NCBI GenBank assembly: GCA_002170315.2
Contig: NHFA02000032.1
Coordinates: 1,958 to 65,957, forward strand
Origin: Euryarchaeota archaeon TMED99
GTDB lineage: Archaea; Thermoplasmatota; Poseidoniia; Poseidoniales; Poseidoniaceae
Direction: 5' to 3'
DNA length: 64,000 nt
Positions 47,501-54,872 of the stretch are shown one piece after another. Every line of letters starts with the position of its first letter. Position 1 is the first letter of the stretch. Position numbers and translations under genes: made by a program. Under the pieces are notes generated by a model, which searched no databases, was not told the origin of the DNA, and was given only the letters and a program-made list of their open reading frames with translations.

Positions 47501-48103
47501 GCTCAAACTCCATTGAGTGCCAACAGTCCAGCCAGTTAAATCATCGCAATTCAAGTAACTGCTTGCAACTGTAAAACTCCCAACATTTTGGTCATTCTGT
47601 ATGTTGTCATCCAGTACTGTAGATGTCGCCTTAATCACCAATGTATGGTTGCCTGCGTATGTTGGCGTAAATACTCTAGATACTGAATTTGAATTACCAC
47701 CGTTCAAAGAGTTCATTTGAACTGTTTCATTAATCATTTCAAAAAGAGAATATTCATTGTGGAGAACTTTGATGTTGACATCGATGGTTCCCGATGATGC
47801 CGTGCCTAAGTTTTCTACCATGATGTCAAGTTGAATCGGCACGTTAGCAACAGCATCTACAACATATAATTCGGCAGGCCTATTGAATCCCAAAACGGGG
47901 TAATTTGAGGAAAACATACGATATTGTTCTTCGTCTCCAGCAGTCGTGTATGAGAAAGAAACATCCGTTATGGTTACATCAACTCCAGTTGCGCGTCCGG
48001 ATGCCTCTAGAGCTTTGTATTCGCTCAACTCCTCGCCATGTATTGCTGAGAAACTACACCCAACAAAAAGGAACAAGAAGAGAATGGCTACGAACTTCTG
48101 CAT
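44537..48103 (-). CDS. very large cell-surface (lipo)protein of CARDB/NEW3-like Ig modules with a C-terminal TM anchor and cytoplasmic tail
   Basis: The ATG at 48103 gives MQKFVAILFLFLFVGCSF, a lipobox-like signal. About 1050 extracellular residues of repeated beta-rich modules follow (..APGESKMIDIKIQPDENASTGLHQMTF.. type). The TM helix is IASVLFIAVVLALVL, followed by RKK. The ~110-aa tail ends GWTMEQWQYYGQQYLDRKQ. Confidence 0.7.
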   Translation of the reverse strand: MQKFVAILFLFLFVGCSFSAIHGEELSEYKALEASGRATGVDVTITDVSFSYTTAGDEEQYRMFSSNYPVLGFNRPAELYVVDAVANVPIQLDIMVENLGTASSGTIDVNIKVLHNEYSLFEMINETVQMNSLNGGNSNSVSRVFTPTYAGNHTLVIKATSTVLDDNIQNDQNVGSFTVASSYLNCDDLTGWTVGTQWSLSTDTALSMGSSCHVGNGQSSSYSNNLATSLVTPVMDMSDAVTNPTRTNGLSFYYTGSVVAGDVLKIEVLSAMGGWYQLGSISSSIDQNFIDGQDYQTFSVNHAGATSPLIPIPQEYFHSQTQFRFLFESDSTGTDIGYYFDELVFVYDQKVRPEEYSLSSNGVSTVGSVPGQWGHVRVEVTNDGNISDSILPEVSGLPAGWSVYFANPSGVSINTESGVLLAPGESKMIDIKIQPDENASTGLHQMTFKGVSSQYASINTTLPMQFQVVPDREPYIVKPQVSPSCAPGSTCPFSVEVHNLGDATDVFELSLDSSTLPSNWGVQFAWTQDPNVLVRPDTPVDVALTMTIPVDAIPDSMFSFSLTAISQNNTIRTFTEVIDISASMISDASVDISAEQRLEDLMVDAGETISVEFTIWNNATRQDIFSVEILHDNAGQWVIEQPNMENAVINGESQTSFRIDITAPNTGQAGDTAPSITPVLLSKRSGMEFQGTPYAGITVNTVSDLELRLLESPQKLTPGIESKVTLEIENNGNGPVSASLSSNSIPSSWQWWTVVEEMNHTGMIELSAPYDNEDVQMVEVWILLPSAEKAGEIHSLDFVVSNGDGFIDIQPLDNSVSFDSITASVRIPAMHTDMTESTASVGGTATVNVSVKNIGNAVDEHFMIMSSVSTSPPHEGVIAFMSIGDSGASRPLEIFNPFRMDAGQEMTVVVDIIIPDDIPLNTRIVVTFEVMAGEDTESRPYELKHEIMILVDKQRSMVSEMSQQPEDVFTTGIPASFWINVTSMSTQPEEYLIHVQQPEQWQTVCQGILVDGEGQTLQHEAGHLIPKYTDMMCELHRLGGDTEGIVTVTIESTDGVMSWSDSRSFTFSEQKEDGMKMNVEMIATSIASVLFIAVVLALVLRKKTTEEEFEEEVFMEIQNQTVTSGPPVSTNGPPASQVNPEPTVQHIQQPETEPQVQSGPEIPAEGLPNGWTMEQWQYYGQQYLDRKQ

Positions 48104-48160
48104 GTCGCTCAACGCATCACATATCTTCAATATATATGAGGCAATTGGGCAATGTACTCT

Positions 48161-48976
48161 CTATTCTTCAAGAGATGCTTTTACATGCTCTTCAGATTGT
48201 TCCAGTTTCAATCTGTCTTTATTTTCCTTTGCTTTTGCTGCAAAATACACGGTAAATGATGGAATTAATACCATTGAGAAACATCCAACTACTGCAGCTA
48301 AAGCCCAAAGGAATTCAGTAGCAGCATCGACTGAAAATACTGCGATCGAATCAAATTCCTCATTTACGGTTACCAAAATGATTTGTGGTGTCGTCACTCG
48401 CTCGCCGGTTTCAGTAACCTGGATACTGAGCATAGACGGACTGTGTTCATATTCAACCAATTCTCTGGCTTTAACCGTCGCTTCTTGTATGTCCGCACCA
48501 TAAACGGTTCCGTTATTCCTACGTGCAGGGTCGAATGAAGTAAGTGCATGTATAACGACGGTTCCACCGTCTGGTGAATCGACTTCATGAGTTGTGTTTT
48601 TTTGGCATTGCTCTGCACAACTGAATGCCTGGTCAGATTCCACACCGAGAAGCCGGTGACTGAACAGCCCGGCTGAATTACTCAGTTTGACCGTAGATTG
48701 TGCCGACAAGTCGACTGCTGACAGATGAATCCATGTCAGATTCGAGCCGTTAGCGGGCACATCCCACGCCCAAGTTGTTGTATTCGTTGATTCTTGATAG
48801 ATTCTTGTTGGCTCACCAATTTCATGATTAGTTTCATTCGCATCAGTGGTATACAGATAGTAAGAAGGCGATACTGTGGCCCCATAAACTGCATATGAAA
48901 GCAGCAGAATCAACGTTACGGACAGTCCTAGAAGAGTCCGTAAAAGATTTGGATTTTGAGCCAAAGCCTTCTTCAT
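48161..48976 (-). CDS. bitopic/two-TM membrane protein with a sequon-rich extracellular domain
   Basis: The ATG at 48976 gives MKKALAQNPNLLRTLLGLSVTLILLL. Six N-x-S/T sequons are present. A second TM helix lies near the C-terminus (FLWALAAVVGCFSMVLIPSF). It is the first gene of the minus-strand block. Confidence 0.5.
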   Translation of the reverse strand: MKKALAQNPNLLRTLLGLSVTLILLLSYAVYGATVSPSYYLYTTDANETNHEIGEPTRIYQESTNTTTWAWDVPANGSNLTWIHLSAVDLSAQSTVKLSNSAGLFSHRLLGVESDQAFSCAEQCQKNTTHEVDSPDGGTVVIHALTSFDPARRNNGTVYGADIQEATVKARELVEYEHSPSMLSIQVTETGERVTTPQIILVTVNEEFDSIAVFSVDAATEFLWALAAVVGCFSMVLIPSFTVYFAAKAKENKDRLKLEQSEEHVKASLEE

Positions 48977-49079
48977 CAATTCACCCACCAACTACTCTGT
49001 TTTGAACCCTTGTTCTTGACATATTTCGATTTACTGAACGAGAATCGAAACTTCTGAGCGGGCTGTTTTACCCGTTCTC

Positions 49080-49087
49080 TTCATATA
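49080..49087 (+). promoter_or_regulatory. TATA-like box (TTCATATA) upstream of the r-protein cluster
   Basis: It is centred about 40 nt upstream of the eS19 ATG, in the 130-nt intergenic gap. Confidence 0.25.
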
Positions 49088-49123
49088 GGGGAGTTCGGTC
49101 GGCAAAATGCTCGGTGTCTTGTC

Positions 49124-49618
49124 ATGACCACTCTCTACGATATACCCGCTGAAATCTTTAACCCAGCTCTTGCTGCGCGACTCGAAGAAACCCAAAGCGT
49201 TTCTACGCCGAAGTGGGCTGAATTTGTCAAAACTGGTGTTGATCGAGAACGCCCTCCATCTCAAGAAAACTGGTGGTTCTTACGCTCTGCAGCAATTCTA
49301 CGAAAGGTTGCTCGAGAAGGTCCTGTTGGTGTCACTCACTTGGCCCAAGCATTCGGTGGCCGCAAAGATAACGGCGTTGGACCGAACACCCCTGGTGTCG
49401 CTTCTCGTCATATTATTCGCACATCACTTCAACAACTCGAAGAAAAGGGACTTGTCGAAAAGGTTCCTGGACGCATTGTAGAAGATGAAAACGGCGATCA
49501 ACTCCAACTTTTCAAAGGCCGCTCAATTACAGCAGCTGGCCACAAGATGATTGACAGTGTTGCGCATGAATGCCGCCCACTGGCTGAAGAACAATACCCT
49601 GGACTCTCTAAGTATTGA
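49124..49618 (+). CDS. rps19e: ribosomal protein eS19
   Basis: Motifs TPKWAEFVKTGVDRERPP..NWWFLRSAAILRKV and GRSITAAG. Confidence 0.9.
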   Translation: MTTLYDIPAEIFNPALAARLEETQSVSTPKWAEFVKTGVDRERPPSQENWWFLRSAAILRKVAREGPVGVTHLAQAFGGRKDNGVGPNTPGVASRHIIRTSLQQLEEKGLVEKVPGRIVEDENGDQLQLFKGRSITAAGHKMIDSVAHECRPLAEEQYPGLSKY

Positions 49619-49640
49619 GGATGTGAATGAGGTGACAAGC

Positions 49641-50000
49641 ATGGTTTCTACTCAAGATGATGAGTTCAACCAACTTCGCGAACAACGTCGCCTCGCATTG
49701 CAGAAACAACTCGAACAACAAGCAGCGCAGCAAGCAGATGCTGAAGTGAAGGCTCAAGAAGCTCAAATAGCATCACAAAACCTTGACGCAGCAATGAAAA
49801 CTCTTCTTTCTCCAGAAGCCCGCTCTCGACTTTCCGCTATTTCCTTAGCGACACCAGAACGTTCTCAAATGATTAAACAAACTATTTTCCAACTTCACGC
49901 TGACGGTAAACTGAAAGCGATAATGAATGATGAGCAATTGAAGCAATTGCTCCTCTCCCAATCCAAGAGCCGCCGTAGTGCGTCCATCCGAAGAATCTGA
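49641..50000 (+). CDS. PDCD5/TFAR19-like dsDNA-binding protein
   Basis: The ATG at 49641 removes the overlap with rps19e. The protein has a coiled, charged N-terminus, then [34 protein letters not shown]....[10 protein letters not shown], typical of the archaeal DNA-binding protein found next to eS19/eL39. Confidence 0.75.
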   Translation: MVSTQDDEFNQLREQRRLALQKQLEQQAAQQADAEVKAQEAQIASQNLDAAMKTLLSPEARSRLSAISLATPERSQMIKQTIFQLHADGKLKAIMNDEQLKQLLLSQSKSRRSASIRRI

Positions 50001-50014
50001 GAAGGTGCTCGAAC

Positions 50015-50170
50015 ATGTCAAGAAATAAACCAGCAGCGAAAAAAATACGCCTCATGAAAGTGGGGAAGCAAAACCGGCGTGTCCCAGTTTGGGTCATGCT
50101 CAAGACTGACCGAAACACTGTGTCGCACCCAAAGCGTCACCACTGGCGCCGTAGTAAGCTCCAACGATGA
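50015..50170 (+). CDS. rpl39e: ribosomal protein eL39
   Basis: Not in the supplied ORF track because it is 51 aa. My hand translation gives [51 protein letters not shown], a canonical eL39 sequence. Confidence 0.85.
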   Translation: MSRNKPAAKKIRLMKVGKQNRRVPVWVMLKTDRNTVSHPKRHHWRRSKLQR

Positions 50171-50180
50171 GGTGATTTGA

Positions 50181-50456
50181 ATGGTACGTGCTAATGAATC
50201 TGAGTTAACTGTCCCTCTGCGTAAAGCGTGGAGCATTACTCGCTACAAGCGAGCCCCTCGAGCAATCCAAATTATTCGCGAACATGTGATTCATCACTTG
50301 AAAGTTGGCGAAGATGAAGAAGTTTGGATCGACCCGAGTGTCAATGAACATATCTGGTCTCGTGGAATCGAGAACCCACCTCGCAAGATTCGCTTGCAGG
50401 TTACTCGCCACGATGAGCCTGATATTCCAATCGAAGTCAAATTGTTTGAGGAGTGA
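50181..50456 (+). CDS. rpl31e: ribosomal protein eL31
   Basis: Motifs [22 protein letters not shown] and [25 protein letters not shown]. Confidence 0.9.
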   Translation: MVRANESELTVPLRKAWSITRYKRAPRAIQIIREHVIHHLKVGEDEEVWIDPSVNEHIWSRGIENPPRKIRLQVTRHDEPDIPIEVKLFEE

Positions 50457-50461
50457 ATAAT

Positions 50462-50653
50462 ATGGGAAATATCCGACCAAGTTTTATCAAAATACGTGCA
50501 ATCCATCTTGTTGAAGACCACGGTGAGAAATTCACCGATGACTTTGACCACAACAAGAAAATGGTCCAACAACTTACCGATGTTGAATCGAAAAAACTTC
50601 GCAACTGGATAGCTGGATATGTTACGACATACCGCCAGCGCAGAGTTGACTGA
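50462..50653 (+). CDS. rps17e: ribosomal protein eS17
   Basis: [48 protein letters not shown]. The ATG is at 50462. Confidence 0.9.
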   Translation: MGNIRPSFIKIRAIHLVEDHGEKFTDDFDHNKKMVQQLTDVESKKLRNWIAGYVTTYRQRRVD

Positions 50654-50666
50654 GAGAGGCGGTAAC

Positions 50667-50897
50667 GTGTCAGTGCGTGTCAATTGGGACCGCACACCTG
50701 TATCAGTGCATCATGATTCGAAAGATGTTCTTGAAGCACTTATTCTCCACTTGAAAAACATCCACGGAATTCGAAAACGTTCTCTGGTCATGCAAGACCG
50801 CGAAGAAGGAGGATTTCTCTTCTTTCTTTACCAACCATGCAATCCTCGTTGGATTTTAGAATACGAATATCGCTCTGATGTTCAAGAGGAGGAATGA
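50667..50897 (+). CDS. hypothetical 76-aa protein, translationally coupled to trmJ-like gene
   Basis: A GTG at 50667 lies 8 nt after a GAGAGG purine tract. The stop overlaps the next ATG (ATGA at 50894-50897). No family is recognised. Confidence 0.35.
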   Translation: MSVRVNWDRTPVSVHHDSKDVLEALILHLKNIHGIRKRSLVMQDREEGGFLFFLYQPCNPRWILEYEYRSDVQEEE

Positions 50898-51739
50898 GCA
50901 TGGGTGACCGGCAAGGACTCCCTCTTCCACAGAGGACCTATTCTCTTCACATCGTACTTGTAGGCGCCTCACATCCTGGCAACTTAGGAGCAATTTGTAG
51001 AAGTATGTTGAATTACGGTTTCGCATCGTTGCGTTTGGTGAATCCAGTTTGTTCACCTGATGATATTGAAGCACGGAATAGAGCGAAGCATGCAGGCCGG
51101 ATACTGGATTCATGCCAAGTATACGATTCGCTCGAAGATGCTACATCTGATTGTTCCCTCACCGTAGGAACTTCAGGAAAGCGCGAGATTGGTACGAAAA
51201 CAACTTTTCGGCATTTCATGTATCCGTGGGAATTTGCAGAGCGCCTTGAGGATTTCACCGAATCAGTATCACTGGTTTTTGGTGAAGAAGGAAAAGGTCT
51301 CTCAACAGACGATCTTGGACTTTGTGATTTTCTTGTCACTTTGCCTACTTGGGAAGGCTACCCAATTGCCAACCTCTCTCATGCAGTGAATACTTGTGTG
51401 TACGAACTTCATCGCACAACTGTTCATTCGAAGCAGGGTTCAGATCCAGGTATACCTGATATCGTTCCTCTTGAGCGGAGTTTGAATCCAACACTGAAGA
51501 GTATTCTCCAGCAGGGTATAATGGAAATGGGCCAAGCCTTACCAGGTAATGATGACAGAAAACATAGTTTTTCACACAACCTTCGCAGAGGAATAATGCG
51601 TTCAATGCCAACTGAAGATGAAGCAACTCGGCTCATTGGTGGTATTCTTGATGCCACTACTGCACTGCAATATGTCGCTGGAAATAGCGAATGGAGAAGT
51701 AAACGCAGACGCAAAATCACTCGTAATGAAGAAGAGTGA
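50894..51739 (+). CDS. SpoU/TrmH-family RNA 2'-O-methyltransferase (TrmJ-like)
   Basis: Motifs IVLVGASHPGNLGAICRSMLNYGF, LVFGEEGKGLS and LPT...YPIANLSHAVNTCVYEL (SPOUT knot motifs), plus a ~90-aa C-terminal extension. Confidence 0.8.
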   Translation: MSMGDRQGLPLPQRTYSLHIVLVGASHPGNLGAICRSMLNYGFASLRLVNPVCSPDDIEARNRAKHAGRILDSCQVYDSLEDATSDCSLTVGTSGKREIGTKTTFRHFMYPWEFAERLEDFTESVSLVFGEEGKGLSTDDLGLCDFLVTLPTWEGYPIANLSHAVNTCVYELHRTTVHSKQGSDPGIPDIVPLERSLNPTLKSILQQGIMEMGQALPGNDDRKHSFSHNLRRGIMRSMPTEDEATRLIGGILDATTALQYVAGNSEWRSKRRRKITRNEEE

Positions 51740-52189
51740 TTATGGAATCCATGAAGCTGTGCTTTTTGGAGTTTCACGTACATGCATTGCAACAAGTCGC
51801 AATCGATTCCCATATGCTGTTGCAATGTGCGGTTCAACCTGTTCAAAAGCCCATTTTGCTAGATTCTCAGCAGTTGGAATAAAAGGTACGACAACAGTTC
51901 TGTGTCCATCACCCATTTCAGCACAAGCTCTTAGAGCAGCATCGTCTCCTTCATAGACCACGAAAGCGTGATCAACAATGTCGTGTACGTATGTCATTAA
52001 AATTTGACTGACATCTGAAAAATCCATGAGCATTCCTTCTTCACTTACGCCAGATTCTTGTACTGTGTCACCTTCAATTTCGGCTTCAAATCGATAACGG
52101 TGACCGTGCATGTGCCTACACTTACTCTTGTGATTTGGAACACGGTGCCCAGTATCTGTCTCTACGTATCTTCGAATTCTTGTTGTCAT
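51740..52189 (-). CDS. queD: 6-carboxy-5,6,7,8-tetrahydropterin synthase (QueD/PTPS family)
   Basis: The zinc/catalytic motif is CRHMHGHRY, preceded by HRVPNH. The protein is 149 aa. It has an ATGA overlap with queC. Confidence 0.85.
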   Translation of the reverse strand: MTTRIRRYVETDTGHRVPNHKSKCRHMHGHRYRFEAEIEGDTVQESGVSEEGMLMDFSDVSQILMTYVHDIVDHAFVVYEGDDAALRACAEMGDGHRTVVVPFIPTAENLAKWAFEQVEPHIATAYGNRLRLVAMHVRETPKSTASWIP

Positions 52190-53337
52190 TCTTCTCTCTC
52201 CTTGAAATCTAATGATGCAGAATTAATGCAGTAACGTTGGCCACCAAATGCCAAAGGCCCATCTTCAAAGATGTGTCCAAGATGAGCGTCGCATTTTGAG
52301 CATTGAACTTCGATTCGTTGCATCCCATGACTGTTATCTTGGATGTGCTTTATTCCCGCACGTGGATGTTCTGTGTGGAAAGAAGGCCAACCGCATCCTG
52401 AATCAAATTTCATATCGGAAGTAAACAGGAGGTGGTTACAGCATATGCAATAGTAATCACCGGTTCTTTTCTCATCCCAATAGATGCCTGTAAAAGCACG
52501 CTCAGTACCACTTTCTCGTGTGACATAATACTGCTCTTCTGTGAGTCGTTGTCGGTATTCTTTGTCATTGTGCACTCTTTCAACCTCCAAAGCATTCGCT
52601 AGAACTTCTTCCCACGAAGTTTGATACTCGACAGGGTCAGCAAGGTCGAGTTTGTGAAATGCGAGTATTCGTTCAATGTCAGCGCCACTTCGGCCAGAAC
52701 TCCTCCCTTCTTTGTCGGGGTTATATGACGTGTTCGTGTTGGCAAAAACAGTGTCAAAATTGAGTCCAAGTTTATCGGTTGCATTCAGTGCGTCTTTCAA
52801 TATCGACACTTTATCTCCTTCGAGGTAAGGTAACTTGAATTCAACATTTTCACTTTCCCAATTTCCTATCGCAAAAGCATGTCCGAGAGCATTGTAAAAT
52901 TCTGGACGACAATCTGGATAGATTTCGTGGTCACCGGAATGGACACCTAATGCAATCTCTACTCTGCAATTTTCCCTTGAGGCTACCGAGAGAGCATATC
53001 CGTAAACAATTGAAGCAAATATTGCATTTCTGTTCGGAACGACGGTTGATTTCATCTGTTCTGCCTCATAGTGACCTTCTGGAATATCATCTCCGCCTTC
53101 GATCAAAGAACTTTCAAATATATTCATTGCACTGCTTAGGTCGACGATTTTATGGGTGACATGAATATTTTTTGATTGCAGATATTCGATATTCATCTGA
53201 GCACGTTCCAGTTCCACACTGTGCTTTTGACCATACTTGTACGAGATACAATCGACTTTGTATCCATCAGCAAGTAAGCTCATGAGTAAGGCAGTTGAAT
53301 CCATTCCCCCTGAAAGGGCCATTACCGCACGTTGCAT
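52186..53337 (-). CDS. queC: 7-cyano-7-deazaguanine synthase (QueC) fused to a methionine-R-sulfoxide reductase (MsrB) domain
   Basis: The N-terminal half carries ALSGGMDS (PP-loop), YGQKHSVELERA, VVPNRNAIF and IYPDCRPEF. The C-terminal half carries YYCICCNHLLF, GCGWPSF, CSKCDAHLGHIF and QRYCINS. The frame is continuous across the junction. Confidence 0.85.
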   Translation of the reverse strand: MQRAVMALSGGMDSTALLMSLLADGYKVDCISYKYGQKHSVELERAQMNIEYLQSKNIHVTHKIVDLSSAMNIFESSLIEGGDDIPEGHYEAEQMKSTVVPNRNAIFASIVYGYALSVASRENCRVEIALGVHSGDHEIYPDCRPEFYNALGHAFAIGNWESENVEFKLPYLEGDKVSILKDALNATDKLGLNFDTVFANTNTSYNPDKEGRSSGRSGADIERILAFHKLDLADPVEYQTSWEEVLANALEVERVHNDKEYRQRLTEEQYYVTRESGTERAFTGIYWDEKRTGDYYCICCNHLLFTSDMKFDSGCGWPSFHTEHPRAGIKHIQDNSHGMQRIEVQCSKCDAHLGHIFEDGPLAFGGQRYCINSASLDFKEREE

Positions 53338-53996
53338 TAGTCAACACCCATCCATTTGTGTGTTTGTAGACTCAACCTCCAAGGAGGTGATTCTTTGACG
53401 ACTGCTTCTGTTAATGCGAAGTTTTTGCCATTCCACTCTACAGTTTCAGAATCCATGTAGCAAGGTTGGAGAAAGTGGTGCGTGAATCCATCCAGCAGTC
53501 CATCATAAAGCGAGAGCTCTTGACCGACATATACACACTTCAATTCATCTCCTGTTCTTTGTCGAATTTTCACACCAGGATACATTTGGTCTTTCGGAGA
53601 AATACAGATCCAATCCAACAGTCCTTCAGGTATTGCAATTGTACCGTTTGATTCACACGAAAGATGATATCCGCGTGCTTTGAATAGGCGATGCAAAGGC
53701 CATAAATCATTGAGCATTGGTTCTCCTCCTGTGAAGATAATTCTTTTCGATGGATATTTCATTACTTCACCCAAGATATCCACTGCCGACATTTCGTCAA
53801 ATGTTTCAAAATCGGTGTCGCACCATTCGCATTGAAGGTTACATTTACCAAAACGGATGAATACATGCGGTATTCCTGCATGTGCTCCCTCTCCTTGTAC
53901 GGAATGAAAAATCTCTACTATTTTGTAAACCATGGCGAGGTCAGATGCAGAATCAACCGGATGAGTACCAGACAATTCGCATGCAGATTCCAGCAT
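53337..53996 (-). CDS. queE: 7-carboxy-7-deazaguanine synthase (radical SAM QueE)
   Basis: Motifs EIFHSVQGEGAHAGIPHVFIRFGKCNLQCEWCDT and IIFTGGEP. Confidence 0.85.
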   Translation of the reverse strand: MLESACELSGTHPVDSASDLAMVYKIVEIFHSVQGEGAHAGIPHVFIRFGKCNLQCEWCDTDFETFDEMSAVDILGEVMKYPSKRIIFTGGEPMLNDLWPLHRLFKARGYHLSCESNGTIAIPEGLLDWICISPKDQMYPGVKIRQRTGDELKCVYVGQELSLYDGLLDGFTHHFLQPCYMDSETVEWNGKNFALTEAVVKESPPWRLSLQTHKWMGVD

Positions 53997-54005
53997 AGAA
54001 ACACC

Positions 54006-54575
54006 TCAGAGTGGACGTGAATGAATTAACTGCATCAATTCTTGACGTGGTTCTGCCTTCTCAAAAAACACCCCACGCATGGCTGATGTTGTCATTACTG
54101 AATTTTGTTTTCTCACACCTCTGCAGCGCATACAGCCGTGTGAAGCCTCAATGATAACGGCAGTTCCAAGTGGATTCAAATATTTTTCAAGATCATCAGC
54201 TACACCCTTGGTAATACGTTCTTGATTTTGCAATCGGTGTGCATGAGCGTCCACTATTCGTGCTAACTTACTGATACCAACGATTCTGTCAACTGGAATA
54301 TATGCAATGTGTGCTCTGCCGCTAAAGGGTTGAAGATGATGTTCACATGTCGAATGAAATTCAATATCTCTTAGCAATACTATACCGTCATATCCTTCAC
54401 CATTGAAGGTCGATTGAAGGAGTTCTTCAGGGTCGACTTTGTAGCCTGAAAAAATCTCATCCCACGAATCAATGACACGTTGAGGCGTTTTTTCTAAACC
54501 CTCGCGCTGTGCGTCACCCTCGAGGTATTCCAGCAATGTTTTCACTGCTTCTTCCGCCTGATTCTTTGTCACCAT
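54006..54575 (-). CDS. folE: GTP cyclohydrolase I (FolE type 1)
   Basis: Motifs FHSTCEHHLQPFSGRAHIAYIP, ISKLARIV, RLQNQERIT and EASHGCMRCRGV. The start is ATG at 54575 or TTG at 54584. Confidence 0.9.
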   Translation of the reverse strand: MVTKNQAEEAVKTLLEYLEGDAQREGLEKTPQRVIDSWDEIFSGYKVDPEELLQSTFNGEGYDGIVLLRDIEFHSTCEHHLQPFSGRAHIAYIPVDRIVGISKLARIVDAHAHRLQNQERITKGVADDLEKYLNPLGTAVIIEASHGCMRCRGVRKQNSVMTTSAMRGVFFEKAEPRQELMQLIHSRPL

Positions 54576-54580
54576 GTCAA

Positions 54581-54745
54581 TCAATTCCTTCCATGCCGTG
54601 CATCGATTTCGTCCAATTGGTCGAGCAGTTTTCTGCAGGCTGTACGCACTGCATCAGCCAGACTGACAAACTTGTGTTCATCTCCAACATGCTTGCGAAG
54701 GTCTTCAACCAACTCAGCAGGCATATCCAATGAAATCTTCGGCAT
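54581..54745 (-). CDS. 54-aa ribbon-helix-helix (CopG/Arc/MetJ-like) protein, first gene of the preQ0 operon
   Basis: Not in the ORF track because it is under 60 aa. My hand translation gives MPKISLDMPAELVEDLRKHVGDEHKFVSLADAVRTACRKLLDQLDEIDARHGRN*. The N-terminal beta-strand KISLDMP followed by two helices fits the RHH pattern. The stop lies 5 nt before the folE ATG. Confidence 0.55.
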   Translation of the reverse strand: MPKISLDMPAELVEDLRKHVGDEHKFVSLADAVRTACRKLLDQLDEIDARHGRN

Positions 54746-54767
54746 GATTCCTCCTCACGTCAATTGC

Positions 54768-54776
54768 ATATAAATA
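54768..54776 (-). promoter_or_regulatory. TATA box (minus-strand TATTTATAT) about 27 nt upstream of the RHH ATG, implying a leaderless or near-leaderless operon transcript
   Basis: Read directly from the sequence. The spacing from the box centre (about 54772) to the ATG at 54745 equals the usual archaeal TATA-to-TSS distance. Confidence 0.3.
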
Positions 54777-54783
54777 TTCTCAG

Positions 54784-54801
54784 AGTAATACTGCAGTAAT
54801 A
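54784..54801. promoter_or_regulatory. AGTAATA direct repeat (11-bp phasing) containing the 10-bp palindrome TACTGCAGTA; candidate operator
   Basis: AGTAATA occurs at 54784-54790 and 54795-54801, and the palindrome at 54789-54798. The site lies in the divergent intergenic region just upstream of the TATA box of the RHH/preQ0 operon. Confidence 0.25.
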
Positions 54802-54872
54802 TTCAAAATTGTGTCAAAATATGCTCGAATCATCAATTCTAAAGCCAATGTTCAAAGAACCCCGTCGGTGCC

